Origin: a virus
Taxonomy: Duplodnaviria; Heunggongvirae; Uroviricota; Caudoviricetes
Reading direction: 5' to 3' (one strand)
Virus record (IMG/VR): IMGVR_UViG_3300028048_001599
DNA length: 64,000 bases
Shown here: positions 1-10,616 of the stretch, in pieces
How the letters are laid out: every line of letters starts with the position of its first letter
Numbering within the stretch: position 1 is the stretch's first letter
Translations under genes and position numbers: made by a program
Notes under the pieces: generated by a model
Seen by the model: only the letters and a program-made list of their open reading frames with translations
Told to the model about the DNA's origin: nothing
Databases searched by the model: none

Positions 1-33
1 GGGTTTCTAAGAACTAATGTACTTTAATATTTA

Positions 34-1596
34 ATGAAGGAGTATAGTGGTATGAAATTCTATCAGAATCAGTATTATCAGGGAACATTAACAGACCATC
101 AGTGTGATACACTGTTAAGATTACTTGATGAGGAAAAAGTGGACACGCTGAAGCATATTATTAGAAATGCAACAGTAAGTGAAATTGACGAAATAAAAGA
201 TGCATACAAGAATGGAAGTGTACCTCCTGTTATAGAAAACAGGGGTACACTGACTGATGCGCAGACTTTAGGTGTAGCTTTTATGTACTACTCACGTAGG
301 TGTTTAGTTGGTGACCAAGTTGGTTTAGGTAAGACTGTAGAAAGTGCAGGACTTATCAATATAATCAAGCAAGATGGGGTAAAAAATATATTGTTTTTAA
401 CAGAAAAAACAATAGTACCTCAGATAAGGGATAAACTAATCAAGTTCACGGGTGAATATGTAGATATGATTCCGTCTGCAACTAAACCTCAGATTGAGAA
501 GTTCATGAAAAGACATCCTGACGGATTTACATGTCCGATTGTAGGTAGTCACTCACTTTTAGGTTGTGCTGAGTTTTTGTATTATTTAAGTAATCACCCA
601 CTCGGTTGTTTAATAATAGACGAGGGGTATATAATTAAGAACACAACTCACACTTATTACAAGAGTGCAAACGAATTGTCAAAACAGTGTGATTATTTCT
701 ATATACTAAATGCAACTCCACTTGAAACATCGGCAAGGGATTTATACAATCAGTTAAAACTGATTGACAAACCATTCATGCCAACTGTAGCGGAGTTTGA
801 GAGAGCTTTTTGTATAAAAAGACCGAAACGATACGGTTTTGGGTTTGAGGTAGCAGGGTATAAAAACTGTGAAGCTTTCAAGCGTGCTATATCACTTCGG
901 TATATTGCAAGAACAAGAGATGATATATCGGCAGTATTTGCAGATAATGATACAAGAATAATTTATGTTCCAATGTCAAGTGTTCAAAAACATCTCGAGT
1001 CTAAAACATCACTGCATCAAATGGTTGCAGACTATCCCACAGGTGTTGATTTTACTGTGGAGTATACTCCTGAAACAACTGGTAAACTTGCTGCAACCGT
1101 GGAACTTTGTAAAAGAACTAATGGTAAGGTATTGATTTATAGTAGATTTGTACAATGTCAAGCGGGTATCAAGGAGGCACTTGAAAAAGTAGGTAAAAAA
1201 CCTGTAATTTTGAATGGTCAGTGTTCAAGTTCTGAGCGTGACATAATAATTAAGGACTTTAATGTTGGTACATATGATGTAGTAATAACGAACTTAGCAA
1301 GGGGTATTGACCTACAGGATTGTGATACTTGTATTCTTTACACACTTGACCCGAATCCGCAGAATATGGTTCAGACCTTTGGACGTTTAACACGTGATAT
1401 TGACGTTGTAGGTAAAACTCTCTACTTCTTAATATCTGAGGGTCGGGAAAAAAGATTGTTTGAAACTTCATCGAAGGTTCGTGCTACAGCGAGTATGAAG
1501 TTTACTAAAGTTGGTACTAATTTAGTTCTTGAAGCTATTGCTAATGCTGGTAATTCATATCAAGCTCTTGAAACTGATGCAAGTGATATGACATAA
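34..1596 (+). CDS. SNF2/SF2-family helicase
   Basis: GDQVGLGKT motif I, IIDEG motif II, NATP motif III, C-terminal QTFGRLTR motif VI. Confidence 0.85.
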   Translation: MKEYSGMKFYQNQYYQGTLTDHQCDTLLRLLDEEKVDTLKHIIRNATVSEIDEIKDAYKNGSVPPVIENRGTLTDAQTLGVAFMYYSRRCLVGDQVGLGKTVESAGLINIIKQDGVKNILFLTEKTIVPQIRDKLIKFTGEYVDMIPSATKPQIEKFMKRHPDGFTCPIVGSHSLLGCAEFLYYLSNHPLGCLIIDEGYIIKNTTHTYYKSANELSKQCDYFYILNATPLETSARDLYNQLKLIDKPFMPTVAEFERAFCIKRPKRYGFGFEVAGYKNCEAFKRAISLRYIARTRDDISAVFADNDTRIIYVPMSSVQKHLESKTSLHQMVADYPTGVDFTVEYTPETTGKLAATVELCKRTNGKVLIYSRFVQCQAGIKEALEKVGKKPVILNGQCSSSERDIIIKDFNVGTYDVVITNLARGIDLQDCDTCILYTLDPNPQNMVQTFGRLTRDIDVVGKTLYFLISEGREKRLFETSSKVRATASMKFTKVGTNLVLEAIANAGNSYQALETDASDMT

Positions 1597-1657
1597 AATG
1601 ATAAAAAATTTAATAAAAATATGATATAATAAAGGACTTTTAAAAAGTGGTGATGTT

Positions 1658-1984
1658 ATGCAATATAGAGATATTGCTAAGGAAGCTATAAAAGAATATA
1701 CACACTTCCTTGTAGATAGTGGTTATGATTTCCCTGATTATGACGTGTATAAAGATGTATTTTATACGGTACTTTCTGATATTATGAGAGTATCTTATGA
1801 AGATAAGGTATACAATGAGAAAATCAAGGAAATAGAAAAGGGGTATCGAAAAATTCTTAAAGAAAAAGACCTATTAAGACATTTAAAACACAATAAGGAA
1901 ATAACGTTTAACATTGTAAAAGCATTATTTGATATTGTGTTTAGAGACCTGGAAGAGAGTGGGGGATTACATAATGATATGTGA
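1658..1984 (+). CDS. hypothetical protein
   Basis: 108-aa ORF, co-directional, GGTGA RBS-like upstream. Confidence 0.65.
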   Translation: MQYRDIAKEAIKEYTHFLVDSGYDFPDYDVYKDVFYTVLSDIMRVSYEDKVYNEKIKEIEKGYRKILKEKDLLRHLKHNKEITFNIVKALFDIVFRDLEESGGLHNDM

Positions 1985-2768
1985 TTGCTGTGGTGGTAGA
2001 GGTCAAGTTATTGACCGAATTACAGGACGATGGGTAAATTGTCCTAAATGTCAAAGTTTAATTAATGAAGTAAAAAATACAATTAACAGTATAGCAGAAA
2101 ATGATATTACGCCTAATATGTTAGATATTCTTAAAATTCCAAAGGTATATAAGGATATTAAATATAGTGCTGAGTTAATCTTATCTCATGATAGGTTTTT
2201 TAGAGTGACTGACCTTCATGAATTGGCTAATATATGCGATAAGATACGTGATACTTTAAATTATGGTGATTTACCAACGTATAGTTACTATATCCATTGT
2301 CCGCCGGTGATAGACATAAATGTGTGGGTGTATACACTTCAAAGAATTGCTATTACTAAAAATATATCGACTGTTCCGTATATTACAATAAATGAGTTAA
2401 CAATGTATATAGACGATATGGGGTATAAACCAGAATATATTGATTATATAAACGCTAAATTATGTATACTCGATGTATCAGCACGCTTGACTCAGATTTC
2501 TGCAAGTACACTTGCTGACTTGTTGAATGTAAGAGCCAAGAAGGGGCTACCAACAATCGTAACGGGTTATTGGGGTGCTGACACATTGATTAATGGTACG
2601 AGTGCCATGAGGTACCTTATTACTGATGATGAATATCATCTTAATGTTCTTCATGGTAACTCTGTACATTATAAATCTGGTAGGCAAAAGTATAATAATG
2701 TTGTTCAAACAAAGAGTAATGATGTAAAATCTGATGATATTGCTTCTGCAACATTAAAATACATGTAA
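1974..2768 (+). CDS. DnaC/IstB-like helicase-loader homologue with N-terminal CxxC-CxxC Zn finger, Walker A degenerate
   Basis: CDCCGG...CPKC Zn ribbon; LCILDV Walker-B-like; LLNVRAKKGLPTIVT resembles the DnaC/IstB R...PTI.T segment; ATG at 1974 after GGGGGA. Confidence 0.55.
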   Translation: MICDCCGGRGQVIDRITGRWVNCPKCQSLINEVKNTINSIAENDITPNMLDILKIPKVYKDIKYSAELILSHDRFFRVTDLHELANICDKIRDTLNYGDLPTYSYYIHCPPVIDINVWVYTLQRIAITKNISTVPYITINELTMYIDDMGYKPEYIDYINAKLCILDVSARLTQISASTLADLLNVRAKKGLPTIVTGYWGADTLINGTSAMRYLITDDEYHLNVLHGNSVHYKSGRQKYNNVVQTKSNDVKSDDIASATLKYM

Positions 2769-2794
2769 AAATTAAAGAAATAGGAAGGTTACTT

Positions 2795-3268
2795 ATGAGT
2801 TATATTATAGCACGTGTAGAGGATGGTGTAGCTTACCTATGGGGTGAGAGTTTCGCTCTAATAAGTTCTGAGGAGACTTATAAAAATGGTTGGTATTACG
2901 CCACAACTTCAAAGAGTACGTTCAAGGACAAGAAAGGGGTAACAAGACAATATGTTACTATTGTTGCGGAAATATACCCTGAATCTGTTGATGATTATGC
3001 CGAATTGAAGAAACTATTAGCAATCTATTATGGTACATTTGATGGATTGAAGGATATAGTGAATAATTATAATCATCTTATCCCATTTAAAATACGTAAT
3101 GATAGTCGTTTTCATGCTTTTGAATCTGTGATAAACTTGAATTTTGGTTATTCAAGTTGTTTGGCTAAAGAGTATGAAATGTCTAATTTTGTAAGTAAAA
3201 TTTGCTCTATTGTAGCAAGTAGACTTATTAAGGATAAATTTGTTAAGAAGGAGACAGTTGAGGATTAA
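2795..3268 (+). CDS. hypothetical protein
   Basis: 157-aa ORF with AGGAAGG RBS. Confidence 0.65.
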   Translation: MSYIIARVEDGVAYLWGESFALISSEETYKNGWYYATTSKSTFKDKKGVTRQYVTIVAEIYPESVDDYAELKKLLAIYYGTFDGLKDIVNNYNHLIPFKIRNDSRFHAFESVINLNFGYSSCLAKEYEMSNFVSKICSIVASRLIKDKFVKKETVED

Positions 3269-3630
3269 TGAAATACAGAAGTGATTGTGTTTATGTTAAG
3301 AATGATTTAGAGGAAGTGGTTTCAACACCCGTTGATGGTATATTACGGTTGTTACACTGTAAGAAAGGTTATATAGTTGTTAAGATAAAGGTAAAACGTA
3401 GAGAACAGCTATACATGTACCTTAATCAGATAGCATTAGGGGTATCCGCAAATGAGCTGAAGTTTAAGAAGTATTTCCCAGTTTCTATTGACTTGAGTGA
3501 CTACTTTAGTAACATAATTAAAGACCATTGTGTAGATAAAACTGCTGAATATAAATCAAAAAATAAGGATAAAACAACTGTTTCATATCATGAGATTGTT
3601 TTAAAGTACTCGGATGTAATTAATACATAA
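3268..3630 (+). CDS. hypothetical protein
   Basis: 120-aa ORF translationally coupled (TAATG). Confidence 0.65.
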   Translation: MKYRSDCVYVKNDLEEVVSTPVDGILRLLHCKKGYIVVKIKVKRREQLYMYLNQIALGVSANELKFKKYFPVSIDLSDYFSNIIKDHCVDKTAEYKSKNKDKTTVSYHEIVLKYSDVINT

Positions 3631-3691
3631 TTTCATACTTAAATGTTTATTGTTATGAAATTTTTTAAGATGAAAGGTGTGTTTGATTATA

Positions 3692-5674
3692 ATGGAGTAT
3701 AATGATAGTTCTATAAAGGCACTTAAAGGTGCGGATAGAGTACGTCTACGTCCGGCCGTAATTTTTGGTTCAGATGATATCAGGGGTGCATTTCACACTG
3801 TTACAGAGATTCTCGGTAACTCACTTGATGAGGCAAGAGCGGGGTACGGTAATAAAATTTATGTAACTTACCATAGTGATAAATCTATTACAATCAGAGA
3901 TTATGGTCGTGGCGTACCTATGGGTTGGAATGAAGCAGAACAGCAATATAACTGGCATCTGGTTTTCAATGAAATGTACGCAGGTGGAAAATACGGGGTA
4001 GACGATATTTACAAATATTCCGTAGGACTTAACGGTCTTGGCGCAGCATCTGTTCAGTATGTTTCTGAATGGTTTGATGTTGAATCATACACTTCTGATA
4101 AAATTTCTAAAATATCATTCAAGAAGGGTAATCCGGCAAGTGAACTTGACGTTGTTGATAACACAACAGGTGAAACTGGTACTAAGATAACTTGGAAAGT
4201 TGATACTGAGGTATTCAGTAATACTGATTTTACAGAGCAGATGTTTTCTGAGCTGTGCGAATTACAGGCTCATATAGCAGGTATCATTATCTACTTCAAA
4301 GACGAGGTGCATGGGGTAGAACATACCTTCGAGGGTAAAGGACTTCTTGAATATCTTAGAAGTAAGGTTGGTAACAATGAAGTTGAATCTTTCGAGGTTC
4401 ACAACGAGTCTGCAGGTGTTGATGAAAAGGGCAAGGCATTTAAGGCTGAATGTGACATCGTTCTTATGGTTACAGATGAAATGAAATCAAAAAGAATGTA
4501 TTTTCATAATACAGCTATAATGCGTAACCCTAATGGTTATCATCATCTGGCATTTGATGCAGCACTCTCTCAGTTCTTTAAGGAACTTGGTAATCAGATG
4601 GGGTTAAAAATCCTGCCGAGGGACTACGAAGATTATATTTCATGTATTGTATCGACTTATTCAAATACAACAAGTTTTTACAATCAGACAAAAGATGCTG
4701 TATCTTCTCAGTTTATATATGATTTGATTTATAATACAGTTAAGCGTACTCTTGATATTGAATACGCAAAAAGTAATGAATCAATCAAAGCTTTTGTAAA
4801 CAATGTTACTGTCGCTGCACAAGCAAGAGTTAAGGCAAAACAGTTAGAACAGGCAGAACGTCAGGTTAAAAAGAATATTACAGGTAAACGTCACAAGGCT
4901 GAAAAATTTAAGGATTGTGCTGAAAAAGACCCATCAAAACGTGAATTGTATATCGTTGAGGGTGATTCAGCACTTGGTGCTTGTAAGCAGGCACGTGATT
5001 CAAAGTTTCAGGCTCTCATTCCAGTTCAGGGTAAAATCTTGAATTGTCTTAAAGCAAGTATGGAAAAGATACTTGAAAATAAGGTAATTACCGACCTGAC
5101 TTCAACGATAGGTACAGGGGTAGACCTTGGTACATCAAATCTTTTTGATATATCGAAACTGCAGTTTGATAAAATCATCATATGTACTGATGCAGACGTC
5201 GATGGTTTTCAGATACGTGTTCTTCTTTATGCGATGTTCTATCGTCTAATGCCAGACTTACTCAGAACAGGGCATGTGTATATTGCTGATACACCTTTGT
5301 TTGAGCTTGAAACGAATAAGGGTAGTTATTTTGCTTATACTGCCGAAGAAAAAGATAAACTTCTCAAGGAATTACCTACAAAGGGTATTCGTATATCACA
5401 GATAAATCGTTCTAAAGGTCTGGGTGAAAACACAGCACCGATGATGAGACAGACAACAATGTTGCCTGAAACTCGTAAACTTATTCCTTTGAATATTGAT
5501 ATTCGCGACGAAATAGTACGTGAGCTTAGTATTGTACTGTTTGGTAATGACTACAATAATCAGCGTAAGGAATTTGTAAAAGAGCTGTTGGGGGTAAATC
5601 TTGCAGAACTTGTTGATGAGATTGAAACTTTGACTGAGGCTGATAGGAACATGGAAGAAATTGAAGTTAATTAA
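3692..5674 (+). CDS. gyrB: type IIA DNA topoisomerase subunit B (GyrB/ParE)
   Basis: VRLRP..., GHKL motifs (EILGNSLDE, DYGRGVP, GLNGLGA), TOPRIM EGDSA, GKILN, DADVDG, SKGLGE; ATG 3692 after GAAAGGTG. Confidence 0.95.
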   Translation: MEYNDSSIKALKGADRVRLRPAVIFGSDDIRGAFHTVTEILGNSLDEARAGYGNKIYVTYHSDKSITIRDYGRGVPMGWNEAEQQYNWHLVFNEMYAGGKYGVDDIYKYSVGLNGLGAASVQYVSEWFDVESYTSDKISKISFKKGNPASELDVVDNTTGETGTKITWKVDTEVFSNTDFTEQMFSELCELQAHIAGIIIYFKDEVHGVEHTFEGKGLLEYLRSKVGNNEVESFEVHNESAGVDEKGKAFKAECDIVLMVTDEMKSKRMYFHNTAIMRNPNGYHHLAFDAALSQFFKELGNQMGLKILPRDYEDYISCIVSTYSNTTSFYNQTKDAVSSQFIYDLIYNTVKRTLDIEYAKSNESIKAFVNNVTVAAQARVKAKQLEQAERQVKKNITGKRHKAEKFKDCAEKDPSKRELYIVEGDSALGACKQARDSKFQALIPVQGKILNCLKASMEKILENKVITDLTSTIGTGVDLGTSNLFDISKLQFDKIIICTDADVDGFQIRVLLYAMFYRLMPDLLRTGHVYIADTPLFELETNKGSYFAYTAEEKDKLLKELPTKGIRISQINRSKGLGENTAPMMRQTTMLPETRKLIPLNIDIRDEIVRELSIVLFGNDYNNQRKEFVKELLGVNLAELVDEIETLTEADRNMEEIEVN

Positions 5675-5686
5675 GGGGAGATTATT

Positions 5687-6754
5687 ATGTTTAAGAAAAA
5701 GGTTATAAAAGCATTGTGTAAGAATGTGTCATATGAGGATGTAGTGACAACTCTTGGAATGTTAAATTCAACTATTGAACCAGCACTCGAAAGTGATATG
5801 CTCGATGAAATTGTAGAGGTCTTTACTGAAGAGGATAGTCTTTATACTTTGGTACTTTTCTCTTTGGTACTTGAGGGTTTGCTCCGTGACTACGGTCATT
5901 TTAAGGATTATAAGAAAATGAAGGAACGAGTAATACTCGACCTTATTGAACTCAATAAGGGTGATAATAGTATTTTATCAGATATAGACTCTATGTTTGA
6001 TGATACGAAGGATTGGGGTTGTGTTCCTGTGGAAGATGACAATGACGATGATTATGATTTCGACATTGACGAAGATGAGGAGTACGTAGCTGACGATTTT
6101 GATGACAACTTTTTCGATAGTGACTTCGAGGAAGTTTCCGATGACATCGATGACGATGATAACATTGATGCTGAAGACATTTTTGATATAGACGATGACT
6201 TTGATGAAGACGAGGACATTTTTGGTTGTTCCGAGGATGACAGTGACATTGATGATTACACTTTCTTTACATCAGATACTGATGAAGACACGAGTGATTA
6301 CCCTGGTAATTTCGAGATTGTTCTCGACACTGATGACAATATTGGCACAAATGAAGTTGACACAACAAAATACCCTGATGGTTTAATAGAATCGTTGGAA
6401 TCTGCGAAGTGTAATTTGGAGGCTATGGGTTTAGAGGTTGAAGCTCCAATGGACTCAAGTACCTCAAAGAAACCTAAGGAAACCAAAGATACTGAAGAAA
6501 CTAAGGGAGCAAAGAAAAAACGTAGCAGAAAGAAAAAAGACAAGGATATAAAGATAACTACAAGCAAAGAGGATTCAAAAGAAATTGGTGATATGTTTGC
6601 TACTTTTATCGGTGACAAGGTTCAGGACGATTCTACATCCAAATCAACAAAAAAATCCATCGGTCAGAATGGCGACCCGTTTGAAAATGTAGATATTGAC
6701 TTGTCTATCTTTTCAAACTGTATAGAAAGTGAGGATGATACTAATGAAGATTGA
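5687..6754 (+). CDS. hypothetical protein with long Asp/Glu-rich tract and Lys-rich patch
   Basis: residues ~115-215 are mostly D/E/F/I; GGGGAG RBS. Confidence 0.7.
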   Translation: MFKKKVIKALCKNVSYEDVVTTLGMLNSTIEPALESDMLDEIVEVFTEEDSLYTLVLFSLVLEGLLRDYGHFKDYKKMKERVILDLIELNKGDNSILSDIDSMFDDTKDWGCVPVEDDNDDDYDFDIDEDEEYVADDFDDNFFDSDFEEVSDDIDDDDNIDAEDIFDIDDDFDEDEDIFGCSEDDSDIDDYTFFTSDTDEDTSDYPGNFEIVLDTDDNIGTNEVDTTKYPDGLIESLESAKCNLEAMGLEVEAPMDSSTSKKPKETKDTEETKGAKKKRSRKKKDKDIKITTSKEDSKEIGDMFATFIGDKVQDDSTSKSTKKSIGQNGDPFENVDIDLSIFSNCIESEDDTNED

Positions 6755-8192
6755 TATTAACTGGTATCGTTCGGAGGTTACATCCTTTACAATCAAGAAT
6801 GTCGAGCAGTTAATGGGTTTGGCATCCATAGTAACCTCAGAGGGTGGGGTAATTCCTCATGATACATTCCTTAATAAAACAATTACACTTGCTTGTGATT
6901 TAGACCTTTCTCAGATAGGTGACGAATGGAAACCTATCGGTTCACGTGAAAAGCCATTCGAAGGAACATTTGATGGTTGTAAACACAAGCTTAGTGGTCT
7001 AAAAACTTCAAATTCTCTCGCATATAATGGTATTTTCGGTGCAACCGAAGAGAGCGCCTGTATCAAAAATCTCATTGTAAAAGCTGAGTTTTATGAGGCA
7101 CAGTCAATAGGTGGTATTGTAGCAATTAACAGTGGTAACATCACATCTTGTAAATTCTATGGCACAGTCATGGGGTATCACGCAGTCGGTGGCCTTGTAG
7201 GTACGAACACTGGAACAATTTTACGTTCGTCAAATCATGGTAACATTGTATCAAAGAACCAGCACGCAGGCGGTATTGTCGGTGTAAATCAAAATGATAT
7301 TGGTGAAATATCAGATAGTTATAACACTGGAACAATAAGTGGTGTAAATTGTGTAGGGGGTATAACTGGACACAATTCTGGAACACAGATAAAGAACTGT
7401 TTCAACAAGGGTGAGGTTGTTACCTTTGATGGATATGTAAACAGTGAATGTTTCGGTGGTATCTCAGGTTTTAATAACGCAGGTTGTCCTATTAAAAACT
7501 GCTTTAACTCAGCTAATATCACAGGGGGTAAATACACAGGTGGTCTTGTAGGTAAGAACCTCGGAACACTTGACGGTTGCTTTAATGAAGGTATCGTTAA
7601 GGGTTCAAAATCTGTCGGTGGTATATCTGGTGGTAACTTCAATGGTCAGTTTGAGACTTGTAGAAATAAAGGTAACGTATCAGGTAAGGCACAGATAGGT
7701 GGTATTTCAGGTGAGAGTCAGGGTGGTTTTATACAGAACTGTATTAATTCTGCATCAGTAGACGGTGAACAGGGACTTGTTGGTGGTATCATCGGTTCAA
7801 GCAAATGGGGTCAGATTACCAACTCGTCCAATGACGGGGTAGTAAGAAATACTACTGATGAAAAATGTGGTGGTATCTTAGGTGAGATTAGTTACGGTAA
7901 GGTTCGTAACTGTTCAAACACTGGTGCTGTTGTAGGTTCTGCACGTGTCGGTGGTGTTATAGGAAACTGTGTAAATCGTTCCACTGTTGACAGTTGTTCT
8001 AACACTGGTGATGTTCGTGGTAACTCACTTGTTGGTGGTTTACTTGGTTATGCTTATGGTGACATCAAAGATTCCTATAATACAGGAACAATTTATGGGT
8101 ATGAAACATTTTCAAATATTGTGGGATATAATGAGAGTGGTTCTATAAAGGATTGTTATTCAACTGGTAAAATGGTGAATATTAATAGTTAA
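6744..8192 (+). CDS. GLUG-motif beta-helix repeat protein
   Basis: many VGG(I/L)(V/A)G.N...I..(C/S).N.G.V repeats; W.PIG....PFEGTFDG N-terminal motif; no obvious signal peptide. Confidence 0.8.
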   Translation: MKIDINWYRSEVTSFTIKNVEQLMGLASIVTSEGGVIPHDTFLNKTITLACDLDLSQIGDEWKPIGSREKPFEGTFDGCKHKLSGLKTSNSLAYNGIFGATEESACIKNLIVKAEFYEAQSIGGIVAINSGNITSCKFYGTVMGYHAVGGLVGTNTGTILRSSNHGNIVSKNQHAGGIVGVNQNDIGEISDSYNTGTISGVNCVGGITGHNSGTQIKNCFNKGEVVTFDGYVNSECFGGISGFNNAGCPIKNCFNSANITGGKYTGGLVGKNLGTLDGCFNEGIVKGSKSVGGISGGNFNGQFETCRNKGNVSGKAQIGGISGESQGGFIQNCINSASVDGEQGLVGGIIGSSKWGQITNSSNDGVVRNTTDEKCGGILGEISYGKVRNCSNTGAVVGSARVGGVIGNCVNRSTVDSCSNTGDVRGNSLVGGLLGYAYGDIKDSYNTGTIYGYETFSNIVGYNESGSIKDCYSTGKMVNINS

Positions 8193-8214
8193 TATATCAG
8201 GCGGTGCTACAATT

Positions 8215-8487
8215 ATGGATAAAAACAAACGAATCATAATAATATGTGTAGTGATAGCTGTTGTTATACTTGTAGGATTTATTGTTTTATTTGTAAATTT
8301 TGCACACAGTATTTTTGTATATCGACCTTACTCGATAACGGATGATATTAAAAATATGCCATATTACGGTGATGATTATGAAATTTATAGAAAACCTGTA
8401 AATCCAAATGAAACTCCGAAAATAAGTAATGAAAAATTGACCTGTGGTAATGCTACAGGTCAATTATATTTAATACATAGATTGTAA
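8215..8487 (+). CDS. small single-pass membrane protein
   Basis: N-terminal hydrophobic stretch IIIICVVIAVVILVGFIVLFV. Confidence 0.65.
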   Translation: MDKNKRIIIICVVIAVVILVGFIVLFVNFAHSIFVYRPYSITDDIKNMPYYGDDYEIYRKPVNPNETPKISNEKLTCGNATGQLYLIHRL

Positions 8488-8531
8488 CTTTTATATTTGA
8501 TAGTATAAGATTAGTGAAAGGTGGTATAATC

Positions 8532-10616
8532 GTGTCAAAAGTAAATAGTGATATGAATGAAAATGTACCAAGTGGTCTGAGAACATTAATAAAGGGGTAT
8601 GCTGATTATGCATCTGAGGTAGTACTTGAGCGTGCTATTCCGGCTATAGATGGTCTTAAACCATCTCAGCGTAGAATCCTTTATACAATGTATAAGAATA
8701 AAAATACAAGACTTACTAAGTCAGCAAATGTTGTCGGTGAGGTAATGAAACTTCATCCTCATGGTGACATGTCAATCTATGATACACTTGTAAGACTTAC
8801 GGATGATGGTAGATATATGAATGTACCATATCTTACAGGTAAGGGTAGTTTCAGTAAGGTATATTTTACAGAGAAAGCTGCGGCATCGAGATATACAGAG
8901 TGTATGTTATCACCTCAGTCAAAGTTACTGTTTGGTGAAATGAATGGTATCGACATGATTCCGTCATACGATAACAAGTTTAATGAGCCACTTTGTTTAC
9001 CTGTAGCATTTCCTACTATTCTCGCTAATCCAACACAGGGTATCGCAGTTGGTATGGCATCAAATATTCCTGCTTATAACATGATTGAACTCAATAATGC
9101 AGTTATAGAGCTTATAGAAACAGGAACAATCAGTAAGCCACTTGCTCCTGATTATGCAACAGGTAGTGTTTACATCAGAGATGATGACGAGCTTGCAAAG
9201 ATAATGAAAAAGGGTAAGGGTCGAATAAAACTCAGGGGTAAATGGCACGTTGAGGGTAAGTCAATAGTTATTGATGAAGTTCCTTACTATACTAATGTAG
9301 ACGCTATTGGTAAGGTAATGAATGAAGACCCGAATGTTCTTGATGTACGTGATGAATCTGACTTTAATGGTCTTAGACTTGTTATTGAATGTCGTTCAAA
9401 GGCAAGAATGGAAGAAGTACTCGTAGTTCTTCTTAGAGATACTCAGATGCAGATGACAATATCATCTAATATCTCTGTCATCATCAATAATAAACCAAGA
9501 ACTCTGGGTATTGTAGAACTTCTCAAGGAATGGGTAAAATTCAGGAAAAAGGTTCTGCAGAAAAAGTATAGACTTGACCTCACTTCTGTTCAATATGAAA
9601 TTCAGCGTTATGCTTTTCTTCTTAGGTTACTTAGTAATAAGGAAGCATTTGATAATTATATAGAAAACGTCAAAAAATCAGAGGTTGACGGTAGGACATT
9701 TCTTCGTAGCTTTGATAAGACAACCACTGACGATGCTATCGACTGGGTCATGGGATTATCCTTCAAATCTATTTCAAACATTGGTCAGAAACAAAAGCAC
9801 CTTAATGACCTGTATGAACAGGAAAAACAGATTAGGAATAATCTTAATAATCTTGATAGGGTTATTTGTGAACAGCTTCGTGATATCAACGCTAAGTACG
9901 GTACTCCGCGTGCAACCGAGATAGGTACTGACGATTATGTGTTTAACAAGGCTGAAAAAGAGAAACCTGCACCGACTAAGTGTTACATCCAAATAAAGAA
10001 TAAATTTATTTATAAATATCAGACTTATGTTAATGGTGCTATAGAGTGTATGTCAGATGATTATATTCTTGTACTTGACTCACAGAGTAGATTGTTGCGT
10101 ATCAAAGTAGAGGAAGTAGAAAATTATAGGGGTACTCCAGGAACTTATCTTCCTGTGTATGCAGGTGTTCCCGATGACTTTGAGGTTATAGATTATCACC
10201 TTGAAGAGGACGCAAAGACATCATACTTCTATAAGGACGGTTATGTATCAGTTGTAGACTGGGGTAAATCAATGAATAACAGACGTAAGATGCGTGTTCT
10301 TCAGAGAGCTACGTCACAGTTTATAAATGATGCTATAGCATATCTCCCTGAAACTCAGTTTGTTGTATGTTACACAGCACAGGGTAAGTTCGGAATAGTA
10401 CGTAATGAGTTTATGGAAAAGTCAGCAACAGCAAGAACAAAGCTCATAGGGGTAGACACTAATGACTATGTGAAGATTGTTTGTGGTGCTACTATGGAAG
10501 ACCTTTTGAAGTTGCTACCTAACTTTAATAACTATATGGGTAAGTGTAAGAAGATTCAGAAAGGCGACACACTTAATATTGATTACTTTAAGGAGATGTT
10601 GAAGCGTGTACGTTAA
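8532..10616 (+). CDS. gyrA: type IIA DNA topoisomerase subunit A (GyrA/ParC-like)
   Basis: RAIPAIDGLKPSQRR, HPHGD, catalytic A.SRY, GIAVGMASNIP; GTG 8532 after GAAAGGTGG. Confidence 0.92.
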   Translation: MSKVNSDMNENVPSGLRTLIKGYADYASEVVLERAIPAIDGLKPSQRRILYTMYKNKNTRLTKSANVVGEVMKLHPHGDMSIYDTLVRLTDDGRYMNVPYLTGKGSFSKVYFTEKAAASRYTECMLSPQSKLLFGEMNGIDMIPSYDNKFNEPLCLPVAFPTILANPTQGIAVGMASNIPAYNMIELNNAVIELIETGTISKPLAPDYATGSVYIRDDDELAKIMKKGKGRIKLRGKWHVEGKSIVIDEVPYYTNVDAIGKVMNEDPNVLDVRDESDFNGLRLVIECRSKARMEEVLVVLLRDTQMQMTISSNISVIINNKPRTLGIVELLKEWVKFRKKVLQKKYRLDLTSVQYEIQRYAFLLRLLSNKEAFDNYIENVKKSEVDGRTFLRSFDKTTTDDAIDWVMGLSFKSISNIGQKQKHLNDLYEQEKQIRNNLNNLDRVICEQLRDINAKYGTPRATEIGTDDYVFNKAEKEKPAPTKCYIQIKNKFIYKYQTYVNGAIECMSDDYILVLDSQSRLLRIKVEEVENYRGTPGTYLPVYAGVPDDFEVIDYHLEEDAKTSYFYKDGYVSVVDWGKSMNNRRKMRVLQRATSQFINDAIAYLPETQFVVCYTAQGKFGIVRNEFMEKSATARTKLIGVDTNDYVKIVCGATMEDLLKLLPNFNNYMGKCKKIQKGDTLNIDYFKEMLKRVR

